A stretch of 64,000 nt of DNA. It comes from an uncultured Phycisphaerales bacterium. Lineage in GTDB: Bacteria > Planctomycetota > Phycisphaerae > Tepidisphaerales > Tepidisphaeraceae. Both the position numbers and the translations under genes were made by a program. Below, piece after piece: positions 23,967 through 35,128 of the stretch. The stretch covers positions 1 to 64,000 of the forward strand of contig CAWJPJ010000003.1 in the NCBI GenBank assembly GCA_963844715.1, read 5' to 3'. The first letter of the stretch is position 1. Every line of letters starts with the position of its first letter. Below the pieces are notes generated by a model. The model ran no database searches. It was not told where the DNA came from and saw nothing but the letters and a program-made list of their open reading frames with translations.

Positions 23967-26288
23967 TTGACCGTGATCACATTATTCGCCCCATGGCCCT
24001 GGCAATCGCCTGGGCGGCCTGGCTGTTCTTGATGCTCGCCCTGGCGAGCTTTCATCCAACTGACTGGCCCAGCCACGTCGCTTATCCCTATCCGCCTATT
24101 CAAAACATCTGCGGCAGCGTCGGCGCTTTCATTTCCTATTACGTCTTCCTCGCCATCGGGCAAGGCGTATTCCCCCTCCTCTTCTTCGCCGGCGTCTGCC
24201 TGGCGCTCCTAACCTATCGCGGCCAGCTCACCGACGTCTGGCTCCGAGTCACCGGCCTGCTGCTCCTGGCCGTAGGTTTCGCGGCGCTCGTCCACAACCT
24301 CATCCCCGGCTCGCGCAGCGGATTCCCAGAAGGCCACGGCGGCGTCATCGGGATCGCCGCCTCCTCCTATCTCCAATCGCATCTCAACACGGTAGGAACG
24401 CGCCTGGCTCTATCACCGCCATTCTCCTGGGTCTGCTGCTGGCCGCCGATGACATCGTCCTCCGCGCCCCCAGCCTGGCGGTCGAAGCCTACTCGCGCGT
24501 CAAACTCCCAAAACCCAAATTCAAGTTCTCGTTCCCCCGCTTCCAAAACTCCCGTCCCTCCCGCGCTTCATCACGCGCGACGCGAAACCGGCAGCCGAAG
24601 AAACCAAACCCTCGCGCAAAAAATCCGCCAAAGCCGAATCCGAGGAGAAAGAGAAAGACCCCGAACCGGAACCCGAGCCCGAGGCCCCGATCAAACCCGC
24701 GCCCCGCCGCGCGGCGACATCATCGTGCGTCTCCCCAGCATGGTGAAGCCGCGCCAAACCAGTCCTCCGCCGCGTCCGAAGGAACTGGGCGAATATCACC
24801 TCCCCGCCTGGGACTGCCTCGCCGACGCCGAGCACGGGTTCGCCCAATCGCAGGAAAAGTTCGTCCGCGATATGGCCGCCGTTCTCGAGCAGGCCATGCG
24901 CGAATTCAATATCGAAGCCCACGTCGTCGAAATCGACACCGGCCCGGTCATCACCATGTACGAACTGGCCCTCGCCCCGGGCATCAAAGTCTCCAGCATC
25001 ACCGCCCTCTCCAATGACATCATGCGATCCCTGCGCGCCGAAAGCGTGCGCATCGTCGCCCCCGTCCCCGGCAAGAACACCGTGGGCATCGAAGTCCCCA
25101 ACGCCCAAAAGGAAAAAGTCCGCCTCAAGGAACTGATGCAGACCGCCCCCGACGCCACGCGCAGCCTCGCCATCCCCCTCTTCCTCGGCAAGGACGCCAG
25201 CGGCGAACCGATCGTCTCCGATCTCACCCAGATGCCCCACTGCCTCATCGCCGGCACCACCGGCTCCGGAAAATCCGTCTGCATCAACTCCATCATCATG
25301 TCCATCATCTATCAGCAGCGCCCCGACACGGTGAAGCTCATTCTCGTCGACCCCAAGATGGTCGAAATGGCCGCCTTCAAGGATATCCCGCACCTGATGT
25401 GCCCGCTGGTCAACGACGTCGGCCGCGCCACCAGCGTTCTTGAATGGGCCTGCGAAAAAATGGACGAGCGCGTACGAATTCCTCGCCGAGGCCGGCGTCC
25501 GCAACATCAAGGGCTACAACGCCCTCACCCCCGAGGAACTCAACGAGCGCTTCAAACCCGCGACTCCCGAGGAAGAAGCGCATATCCCCAAGCAGTTGCC
25601 CTACATCGTCATCATCATCGACGAATTGGCCGACCTGATGATGACCAGCGGCAAGGAAGTCGAGGCGTCGATCGTGCGCCTGGCGCAGAAATCCCGCGCC
25701 GTCGGAATCCACTTAATCGTCGCCACCCAGCGCCCGCAGGCCAACGTCGTAACCGGCTTGATCAAGAGCAACATGCCGAGCCGAATCGCCTTCCGGGTCG
25801 CCAGCAAGATGGACAGCCGCATCGTCCTCGATCAAAACGGGGCAGATCTTCTCCTTGGCCAGGGCGACATGCTCTTCCTTCCCCCCGGCGCCGGCAAACC
25901 TGTTCGCGGTCAGGGAACCTATATCGACGACAAGGAAATCAAGGAAAGCGTAAAAATCGCCCGCAGCCTGGCCGAGGCGCAGTACGAACCCGAACTGGTC
26001 CAGATCAAGGCCAACACCAGCGTCGACGCCGAAGCCGCCAAGGACGAACTCTTCGACGAAGCCGTCCGCGTCGTCCTCGAAACCAAGCGCGGCAGCGTCA
26101 GCCTCCTCCAACGAAGACTAACCATCGGCTACAGCCGCGCCAGCCGCCTAATCGAAGCGATGGCCGCCTCCGGCATCGTCGGCACCTACAAAGGCTCTCA
26201 AGCCCGCGAGGCACTCATCACAGTCGAAGAATGGGACGCCATGAGTGCCGCCCGGCAGCAGGACGCGCAAGACGGAATGACAGTTTAG
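23963..26288 (+). CDS. ftsK: DNA translocase FtsK (several frameshifts)
   Basis: N-terminal 4TM domain, PHCLIAGTTGSGKS, IIDELADLMM, ATQRP, LLGQGDML, gamma domain SLLQRRLTIGYSRASRL. Confidence 0.95.
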
Positions 26289-26311
26289 GACAGATGTTGA
26301 ACGTCAACTCT

Positions 26312-26357
26312 GGTCCCCTCTCCCAGGTACTCCGGGGAGAGGGATAGGGTGAGGGGC
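26312..26357. repeat. REP-like palindrome CCCCTCTCCC...GGGGAGAGGG-ATAGGGTGAGGG
   Basis: Hairpin between ftsK and ubiE; a related degenerate copy lies at 34828-34877. Confidence 0.65.
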
Positions 26358-26400
26358 AATTCAGCATTCAGAGTTTATCATTTCCCCCTATACTCCCCAA

Positions 26401-27166
26401 ATGCCCGATGCCGATCCAACCGCTGTTTGGAACAAAGATTTGCTGGCTAATCCCCACGTCGTCGCTGACAAGCGCCGCCGCGTCCAGCAGATGTTCGCGG
26501 CCATCGCCCCGTCTTATGACCTGAACAATCGCCTCCACAGCTTCTGGATGGACCAATCCTGGCGGCGCACGGCCGTGAAAATGGCCGACCTGAAACCCAG
26601 CGATGTCGTCCTCGACGTCGCCTGCGGCACCGGCGATCTGACTCTCCAATTCGCCGCCGCGATCGGCACCCCGCAGCCCCGATCAAATCCTGGGCGTCGA
26701 TTTCACCTTTGAAATGCTCCCCCTGGCGACAATTAAATCCGCCGGCCGCCCCATCACCTGGATCAACGGCGACGCCCTCGCCCTCCCCCTCCCCGACGCC
26801 TCGGCCGATGTCATCTCCATCGCCTTCGGCATCCGCAACGTCTCCGACCCCGCCGCCGCCATCCGAGAATTTCACCGCGTCTTAAAACCCGGCGGCCGCC
26901 TGATCATTCTCGAATTCTCCCTCCCCTCCAACGCCATTCTCCGTTCCCTCTATAACTTCTATTTCCGCCGCATCCTCCCGCGCACCGCGACATGGATCAG
27001 CCGCGACAAAACCGGCGCATACAAATATCTCCCCGAAAGCGTCAACACATTCATCGACCGCAGCAAAATGACCGCCATGCTCGCCGTCCAGGGATTCAAC
27101 CAAATCATCCACGCCCCTCACCTTCGGCATCTGCGTCATCTACCGCGGAATCAAAAACTAAATTGA
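26401..27166 (+). CDS. ubiE: UbiE/MenG family (demethylmenaquinone) methyltransferase, frameshifted
   Basis: MFAAIAPSYDLNN, LDVACGTGD, IAFGIRNV, RVLKPGG, AYKYLPESV. Confidence 0.9.
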
Positions 27167-27249
27167 ACCGCGGATTTCGCGGATGGGCGCGGATAAAGAA
27201 AACAATGAGCTCCGCATTTCATCCGTGTCATCCGCGAAATCCGTGGTTA
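27166..27249. repeat. REP-like inverted repeat built of CGCGGAT nonamer units
   Basis: aaccgcggatttcgcggatgggcgcggat ... atccgtgtcatccgcgaaatccgtggtt. Confidence 0.8.
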
Positions 27250-27342
27250 AATCTCTTCTTTGTTTTCGCGTTCGGAGTCCACTCGCCATGGCGGGCGTGC
27301 TCTGCGGTTCAATTCCCCGCGTACCATGTAGAATAGGCTCCC

Positions 27343-28637
27343 ATGTCGGATGACGCGGTAGAAGTAAACTTCGACGGCATCGTCGGCCCGACGCACAACT
27401 ACGCCGGCCTCTCCCCGGGCAATCTCGCCTCACAAAAGCACATCAATCAGCCGTCCAACCCGCGCCAAGCCGCCCTGCAAGGTCTGGCAAAAATGAAAAT
27501 GCTCGCCGACATGGGCATCCCCCAGGCCGTTCTCCCGCCTCACGAGCCGCCGGACATGAACGCCCTTCGCCGGGCGGGATTTTCCGGCTCAGACGCCCAA
27601 GTCCTCGAAAAAGCCGCCAAAGAAAAGCCGCAGCTACTCGCCGCCTGCTCCAGCGCCTCGGCCATGTGGACCGCCAACGCCGCCACCGTTTCCCCCAGCG
27701 CCGATTCCGCCGACGGCCGCGTTCATTTCACTCCCGCCAATCTGTTCACGCTTTTCCATCGCTCCATCGAAGCTCAAACAACCGCCCAAATCCTGCGAGC
27801 CATCTTCGCCGACCCAAGCGTCTTCGTGCATCATCCCCCTCTGCCGTCCAGTTCCGATTACGCCGACGAAGGCGCCGCCAACCACATGCGCCTCTCAGCT
27901 TCCTACGGCCAGCCGGCGCCCAGTTCTTCGTCTTTGGCCGCGATGCCGATCAGCAACCCCGCCCCGTCTTCCCCGCGCCACAAACCCGGCAGGCGTCGGA
28001 GTATATTTCCGTCCTGCATCGACTATCGCACCCGCACTTCGTCCAACAGAACCCCGCCGCCATCGACGCCGGCGCTTTTCACAACGACGTCGTGGCCGTC
28101 AGCAATCTGAATGTTCTCCTTCATCACGCCAGCGCATGGCTCGACCCTCCGCCCTTCGGCGACATTCACAAAATCGAGGTCTCCGAAAAGGAACTCCCCC
28201 TCGCCGACGCAGTCAGTTCCTATCTCTTCAACAGCCAGCTCGTCGGCGCCGATCGCATGACCCTCATCGCCCCCATAGAGTCCCAGGAAAATCCCTACGC
28301 GCACCGATTCTTGACCGATCTCCCCCAGCGCGACACCCCCATCAAGGAAGTAAAATTCGTGGACGTCCGCCAAAGCATGAAAAACGGCGGCGGCCCCGCC
28401 TGTCTTCGCCTGCGCGTGGTTCTCACCCCCGACCAGATCAAACGCATCAACGCGAGAGTGTTTCTGGACGACGCCCTTTACGCAGAATTGAGTCAATGGG
28501 TCACGCGAAATTATCGCGAACACCTCGCCCCCGCCGACCTTGCGGACCCCAAACTCCTCGAAGAATCCCATCGCGCACTGAACGAATTAACCCAGATTCT
28601 TGCCTTGGGTTCGGTCTTCCCCTTTCAGCAACGCTGA
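27343..28637 (+). CDS. astB: N-succinylarginine dihydrolase (frameshift ~27915)
   Basis: [71 protein letters not shown]. Confidence 0.95.
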
Positions 28638-28653
28638 TCGCCTCGTGATGGCG

Positions 28654-29855
28654 TCAAACCATCCCGCAGCCGCGCTGTTTGCGCACCAACAGCAGGCCGC
28701 CCATGCAAAACAGACCTAAGCTCGAGGGTTCCGGTACTGTCGTTCCCGCGGCTGCATCGCCAAAACTGAAGTCGATCTCGCTTGATATATTCGGATCCGC
28801 CGAATTGGCGTTGTCCAACGCCGTGTAGGTTCCGGAGAACAATTCGGTAGGATCATTGATGCACAGGGAAGCGGAGTCCACGCCGTCGGTTGTGTAAGTG
28901 ACGCCGTCGTCACCCAACAGATCATCGAGCAGTTCATCCGCCGTCGGCGCGGGGCCTCCAAACGACAGCCGGTTCGGGTCATAGCTGAACGAAGCTTCCA
29001 GCGCAGGAGCTCCGTCGAGTGTGTCCAACGAAATAGCAAAATCCCATATCGGATTCGATTGAGTCGCGTTGAACGTCGGGTCATTACTGTCGTCGGCAAA
29101 ATATTCCATGGACGTGGATTCGTCCGCGCCGTCCACCGCCAGACTAGTCGGCGTCGACACGTCCGGATTGTTATAGTCGGTGGCGTCCGTCCCGCCGATG
29201 GTCGCTGAGTAGGCGTAACTGGCGAAATTGTTTGCATTGTTTTCGCCCGACACCGCAACGATTGGATAGGGATCCAATACTCTGGAGCCCGCTACCGTGC
29301 CGGCCGCGGCACTGCCCGCAGGTTTGGCAGACTTGACAATTTGCATCATGGCCACGATTCGTTCACCGGCAGGCGCGGCCGCGCGCCGCCGGGATAATAA
29401 ACCCCTCGGGCAAAGTCCGTGAGTACCTTTGCGTTGTCCTGGGTATCCAGCGAATACATCGCAATTGTCGGCTTGGTAATCGGCGGCACCGTCCCACTCC
29501 AGGTTTCATAAACCTTGTCTTTGGCATTCAGCGCATTTCCAAACAGAAGGCTCGGTCCGGCGCCAGGATCGGCGACGGCAAATCCATCCGAGCGATACGC
29601 CGTTGTTCCCGGCGCTAACGTCAGCGCGCTACCCGCCTGCACCAGGTTCTGAACCCCGGCGGAAAGACCCGTGAACGTCTTGATTGTCAGCGTCGGTAAT
29701 GTCGCCCCGGCCGCCCGAGCTATAGCAGGCTGTCCCGCGAAATTCATGCCCGCCTGCGCCACCTGATTAGCCGCCCGCGCCGACTCGGTTCCACCCAGGA
29801 CGCAGATCAATCCCCATGCCGCCACACGCTCAAACCCAAATACGCTTCGTTTCAT
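28654..29855 (-). CDS. PEP-CTERM sorting domain protein (frameshift ~29350-29390)
   Basis: Signal peptide MKRSVFG...ARA; C-terminus VPEPSSLGLFCMGGLLLVRKQR. Confidence 0.8.
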
Positions 29856-30376
29856 ACAGCCCTCTCCGGCTAAATGAAAACACCAGTCCGCGCCAGACCA
29901 TTTCTCGCGCACTACAACACCTCCGAACGAATTAAGGCTTCACCCAGGAAAGACGAATTTTCAACCAATTGAAGTGAATCCTAACGCCCACCCGCTCCCG
30001 GTCAAGGATTCATAAACACGTCGTACCTCCGAACGGCAACTATAGTTCGCGCGCGTCAGCTCTTCATAAACCGCCGGGCCGACAATTTTCAGACGCCTTC
30101 GAGAAATCCGATTCGGAGCCAAACACCCACTCTACGGACCGAACGCAGCTTAAACTGCAGGTCTCTCCCTCCAATCGCACCACCGGCGATTTCCTCACCG
30201 GCGCCGACAACGCCGGGAAGGCTCCGCGTCCCCCGCGAACAACTCTCCCCAGCCGACCTCCCCGACCCCGAACTGCTCGAAAATCCCACCGCGCCCCTCG
30301 GCGAATTATCCCAAACTCCTCACCCTCGGCCCGATCTACCCATTTCAGCAAACCCAATCGGGCGACTGAAATAAGT

Positions 30377-30392
30377 TGGCACTAAGTCTGCA
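30377..30392 (+). promoter_or_regulatory. Candidate sigma54 -24/-12 promoter
   Basis: TGGCAC-TAAGT-CTGCA, about 110 bp upstream of a PEP-CTERM gene. Confidence 0.6.
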
Positions 30393-30503
30393 AAAAAGCT
30401 ATTGATCGCTCGCTAAGTTGATATATCCTACCAATAGCGGCAGAGAATTAAGGGACTCCTTATATAAACATCCGGGCATTGCGTAGGGCAGAGGGTGGGA
30501 GTC

Positions 30504-31525
30504 ATGAAATTGTCGCTCCGCCCTTGGCGTTCCTCGGGCTGGTCGTCTCGATTTGCGCAATCTCCAACGCCGCCGTCCTGGTTAGTCTGCAAACGCCGTC
30601 GTTCGACGGCTCCATATTCCCACCCTACGAGTTCTCATACAACAATAGCACCGGCACCGCCACGCCCGGCTTTAGCGACCCCAGCCCGACCGTCGACGGC
30701 TTTGATACCCTCACCGTCGAACCCGGGACCAACACCGTCTTTAACTTCCCCGAAACATTCGGCCAGGACACTCTCGAAACCGTAAACGGCCTCACCGGCC
30801 AAATTCTCGCCACCTCCAACACCCTCACCGTCGCCGCCGGATACGTTAGCTTTATCACCAGCGCGACCTTCGGTCCGGATGGATTCCTCTACGCCACCGG
30901 CACAGTCAACAACTCCGGGTTTCCAGTAAGTATCTTTCGCATCAACCCCACCTTCACCAACGGTGGCAGCGCCACCGTCACCACCTACCTCACCCCGGCC
31001 GGCATATACCCCGCCGATATCGCCTTCGGCCCGGACAACAACCTCTATTTCGCTGGTTCTACTTCCGGCTCCGACGATATCTGGAAATACAACACCTCCA
31101 CCAGCACCCTCAGCACCGTGGCCGATCTCGGCTCCGCTACTTCCGACAACGTCGCCGGCCTGGCCTTCGGCCCCAATGGAAACCTCTACGTCGCTGAATA
31201 CGACTACATGGGCGACACCGGGAACGGCGTCGTCGAATACACCACCGGCGGAACCCTCGTAAAAACCTTCCTCTCCGCCAACCTCAACGACATCCAGTTC
31301 GGACCCGATGGCGACCTCTACGGCATCGCCAACTACAACAGCGACACCGAGCAGGTCGAACGCTTCGACGGCAACACCGGCGCCTTCCTCAACGACGCCA
31401 GTACCGGCCTCGCCGGCGACCCCTCCGGCATCGCCTTCGTCCCAGAACCAGCCTCCATCGGCCTACTCCTCCTCTCCATCCCCCTCCTAACCAGAAAATT
31501 CCGCCGCCAACAACGAGAAAGTTAA
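30504..31525 (+). CDS. PEP-CTERM protein with Vgb/NHL-like beta-propeller repeats
   Basis: Repeats FGPDGFLY/FGPDNNLY/FGPNGNLY/FGPDGDLY; C-terminus VPEPASIGLLLLSIPLLTRKFRR; probable frameshift just after the ATG at 30504. Confidence 0.88.
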
Positions 31526-31534
31526 TCTCGATTC

Positions 31535-31653
31535 AAATGCAACCGCACAGATGCCGGGCGCAATCCAATACCCCAGAAAATCTCATTTTTTGTAGTAAGA
31601 CTTATCTCCCCTCCTCCAACCTCAGCGCCTCCGCGCCTCTGCAGTTGCATTTC
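31535..31653. repeat. Short member of the AAATGCAACC...GTTGCATTT inverted-repeat family
   Basis: aaatgcaaccgcacagatgccgg ... ctccgcgcctctgcagttgcattt. Confidence 0.65.
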
Positions 31654-31740
31654 CCGACCGCGGAAAAGACACCGATCCCGCCCCGTAAATCCCCTTTCCT
31701 TGCCTCAAGCCATTCCCCCGCGATAATGTTCCAAAATCGC

Positions 31741-31814
31741 GGCCGAGTACCCAAGTGGACTAAGGGGACTGATTGCAAATCAGTTATTCGCCGGTTCGAA
31801 TCCGGCCTCGGCCT
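31741..31814 (+). tRNA. tRNA-Cys(GCA)
   Basis: GGCCGAG...CTGATTGCAAATCAG...GGTTCGAATCC...CTCGGCCT cloverleaf. Confidence 0.96.
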
Positions 31815-31839
31815 ATTGCCGCATCGCACCCCCCGCCCA

Positions 31840-33573
31840 TCATTTCCCCGCACAAAATATCTTCGACTTCCGAGCCAACTGCCCCCTGAGAGGCTCCCAT
31901 TTCTGAACCCCCTCGCCCCCGATTAACGCCTCTAACTCAATCGTCCGCTCCACGACATACCGATCCCTCCCCCCCAGCGTCGGATCGCTCATCCCCGGAT
32001 GCACCACCCACTCCACCACCCCCGCCTTCGGCAGATTCGCCAAATAATCCGCCCACGGAAACGGCGTCTTCAAATCCTCCTCAGAAAGCATCCCAAAATA
32101 GAAATCGTTCGACTTCACCTTTCCCTCGGAAAATACCTTGCCCGCCCGCCTCCCCAGATAATTCGCCGCCCGCCGCCGCGACCGCGCCGTCTTCACATTC
32201 TCCCACGTCTGCCGGGCCTCCAAGGTCACGCGCGTCACCGGCGGCAGCACCCGCACCGTCCGCATCACACCCACCAGCGCCTCGCGTATCCCCGGCAACT
32301 GATGCGCATGATGATGCCCATCCACATAATCCGGCCTTCGTCCCAGTAGCTTCTCGAACATTTCTCCCTGCGCCACAATCTCCTCGGCAACCCCCGCCGC
32401 ATGAATCCGCCCCAGCATCGCCCGAATACAAAGCCGCCGATTCGAGAGGAAATTCCCCTCCCGATCCGTCAGCCCCGAAGATTTCTTCGCCGCCAGCGGG
32501 CGATGCCCGCACCGCGTCAGCACCAGATGCAGCCCCACATCCAGATCGGGCGCGTCCCGCAGCAGCGGCACGGATTCTTCAACATGCTTCCCCGTGACGA
32601 CCATCACGCTGGTCGCCGTCACCGGGCCCTTCAGATGCGCCTGAATAATCCCCCTGCTCGTTTCCAGACCGATGCCAAAATCGTCGGCGGTTACCACCAG
32701 CGACAAAGGCTGCGATTCCAATGTCATCTTTGGATTTACAAATGTCCCGCGTGCGCCGGATTCGACGAAACCGCGCTCCACCGTCCGGAGGTCCGGTTTC
32801 TGCAGCTTCATTTTTTTCATAGACCGGCGAAGTTTAATCGTGTCCTTGATCATGCTCCACCCGTGCGAAACCATGCGCACCGTCGTCGGATCGACGTAGC
32901 GCACCAGCACCGGAATCTCCTCGATCTTCATCTCCGCCGCCCCCGCCCGCGCCAGAAACTCGACGTCGAAGAAAAACCCGTTGGTTGTCATGTGCGGCGA
33001 AAGAAGGTCCCACGCTCCCGCCGTGATCCCCTTCAGCCCCGCCTGCGTATCCAGAATGCTGATCGGCAGCATCTGCCGAAGCCACCAATTAAATCCCCGG
33101 CTCATCATGTGCCGCTTATAAATATTCGGAAAATCACGCGGCGAGATCAAAAACTGCGATTGCGCGCTGGCTCGATTCACCACCGCCAAATCCGCCCCGC
33201 CTTCCAGGAGATGCAGAATCTTCACCGTCTCGTCGGGGTCGTAAGCCAGATCCACATCCGTGAAAATCTTAAAAGGCGTTTTGGCCAGATTCAGCCCGCG
33301 CCTCAGGGCATATCCCTTGCCGCGATTTTTCTCGTACGCTTCCAGCCGCATCCGCTCCGGCATCGCCTTGAGCAGCGGCTCCAGCGCCTCGGCCGACCCG
33401 TTCTTGCACCCGTCCGAGACGAACAAGCAGCACCAGTCCGGATGCTCATCCAGAAACCCCCGCAATCGATCCACGGTTTTGGTGATAAAATCCGCCGCGT
33501 TGTACATCGGCAGGATCAGCGTGCAACGAAACGAACCGCTCGAAAATGATTCGTCGGCCGGAAATTGTGACAT
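31840..33573 (-). CDS. GT2 (polyprenyl-phosphate glycosyltransferase-like) fused to a YdjC/ChbG/HpnK-family deacetylase
   Basis: N-half: LPMYN, NRGKGYA, FTDVDL, DTQAGLK, FFFDVE. C-half: VTADDFG, GLHLVL, YVDGHHHAH, VVHPG. Confidence 0.88.
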   Translation of the reverse strand: MSQFPADESFSSGSFRCTLILPMYNAADFITKTVDRLRGFLDEHPDWCCLFVSDGCKNGSAEALEPLLKAMPERMRLEAYEKNRGKGYALRRGLNLAKTPFKIFTDVDLAYDPDETVKILHLLEGGADLAVVNRASAQSQFLISPRDFPNIYKRHMMSRGFNWWLRQMLPISILDTQAGLKGITAGAWDLLSPHMTTNGFFFDVEFLARAGAAEMKIEEIPVLVRYVDPTTVRMVSHGWSMIKDTIKLRRSMKKMKLQKPDLRTVERGFVESGARGTFVNPKMTLESQPLSLVVTADDFGIGLETSRGIIQAHLKGPVTATSVMVVTGKHVEESVPLLRDAPDLDVGLHLVLTRCGHRPLAAKKSSGLTDREGNFLSNRRLCIRAMLGRIHAAGVAEEIVAQGEMFEKLLGRRPDYVDGHHHAHQLPGIREALVGVMRTVRVLPPVTRVTLEARQTWENVKTARSRRRAANYLGRRAGKVFSEGKVKSNDFYFGMLSEEDLKTPFPWADYLANLPKAGVVEWVVHPGMSDPTLGGRDRYVVERTIELEALIGGEGVQKWEPLRGQLARKSKIFCAGK

Positions 33574-33725
33574 GAGTTACTCTTCCAGTGCCTTATAGTC
33601 GGTCGGTCGGCATCCATCCATGGACGCCGCGATCCAGATTTTATATCGTCATTTCATAGCGAAATCCAGCGGCGGAATGCGGTTTGACTATCTATTCTTA
33701 CCCATTTAACTTGACCCACGAAAGA

Positions 33726-34911
33726 ATGGATCAAAAGCGACTCGCACAACTCGCCTGGGGGGTCTGGGCCGTCTGCTTCCTCATAGTCTGCGGCATGGTT
33801 ATCCACAACTGGCACGACCACAGCGAGGGGGTCATTTATTCCAAGGCCGTAACCGACTGGTGGGGAAGCAAAAACCTCTACGGCGTCTTCCGCTACGACG
33901 GCTTCCTCTATTTCCCCCACGCCGCGATTTTGTATACCCCGTTCACTTTCATGAAACACCCCGTCGGCGATATCGCCTGGCGATTCTTCGGCCTGGCGTT
34001 TCTCTGCGGCGGAATCTTTCGATTCGCAAAACTCTTCGCCCCCAAAAACGCTCCCCTCGTTTTCGCAATCGCCTCCTTCGTCGCCATTCTTCCGACCCTG
34101 GCGAGCTTGCGCAACGGCCAATCCAATCTGCAAATCGCCGCCGCCATGCTCCAGGCCGCCGCCGATCTGGCGGAAAAACGCTGGTGGCGCGCCAGCCTCT
34201 GGCTGATGATCGGCGTGGCCGTCAAACCGATCATGATGGTCATGATCCTCCTCGCCGCCGCCGTCTATCGCCCCATGTCCTGGCGACATCGCCATCTCCC
34301 TGGCGATCTTCGCCGTGATCCCTTTCGCCACAAAAAATCCCCATTACGTCTGGAGCCAATACCAAGGCTGCTACGACCAGCTCACCAACGCCGCCCAACC
34401 CGACCGCGCCTTCTGCGACTTGCGCGGAATGCTCACCACGTTCCACGTCAACATTTCGCAAACGACTGAATTGGTTCTGCAACTCGCCGCCGCACTCGGC
34501 GCTCTCGCCACCTGCTGGCTCGCCCGCCGCCGCTGGCCGGAACCCTGGCCATCGGCGATTCTTGTCACCATCACCGCGATCTATCTAATGCTTTTCAACC
34601 CGCGCACCGAATCTAATTCCTACGTCATCCTAAGCCCGACCGTAGGCCTCGCCGCCGGCCTCCTCTCGCTCAACCGCGCCCGCTTCGTAGAATTCTGGAT
34701 CATGGTCGCGATCTCCTTCTGCCTATGGTCCGACGGCTGGGCCTACCACTGGTCCCATCTCTGGCTAAAGCAGCTCGCCTGTATCGTGTTCCTGCTAATG
34801 ATCATCAGGGAAATGGTCCGCTCTTATCCCCTCTCCCCTTCCGTCAGTTCCGGCACGGCGGGCGAGGGTGAGGGGCAATCTGCGGAATTAAACACGCGCC
34901 CTTCGCAATAA
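33726..34911 (+). CDS. GT87/DUF2029-like membrane glycosyltransferase (frameshift ~34290)
   Basis: GFLYFPHAAILYTPF, NGQSNL, AVKP, multiple TM segments. Confidence 0.75.
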
Positions 34912-35128
34912 AATAAAACGATTTACCGCGATGCGGGCGAGTCCTACGAATCCGAATTGATATCCGCGCTCGTTCTTCCCCCTCCCCCGGATAATCCCAA
35001 TACGTTTCATCTTTCACGCAACGGCACGATTCTTCGGCCTTCACGGATTATGTTGCATGCGCCTAGCACGCGGAGAGCGCGGAGTGCCTCAATGCTTGGC
35101 ACTCTAAAAACTTTTCGCGTTGAGAACT

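Noticed and set aside
12110..28637. Programmed frameshifting or pseudogenisation in the RND gene, ilvB, ftsK, ubiE and astB
   Set aside because: The indels are scattered with no shared slippery motif and hit essential genes, so sequencing error is the simpler explanation.
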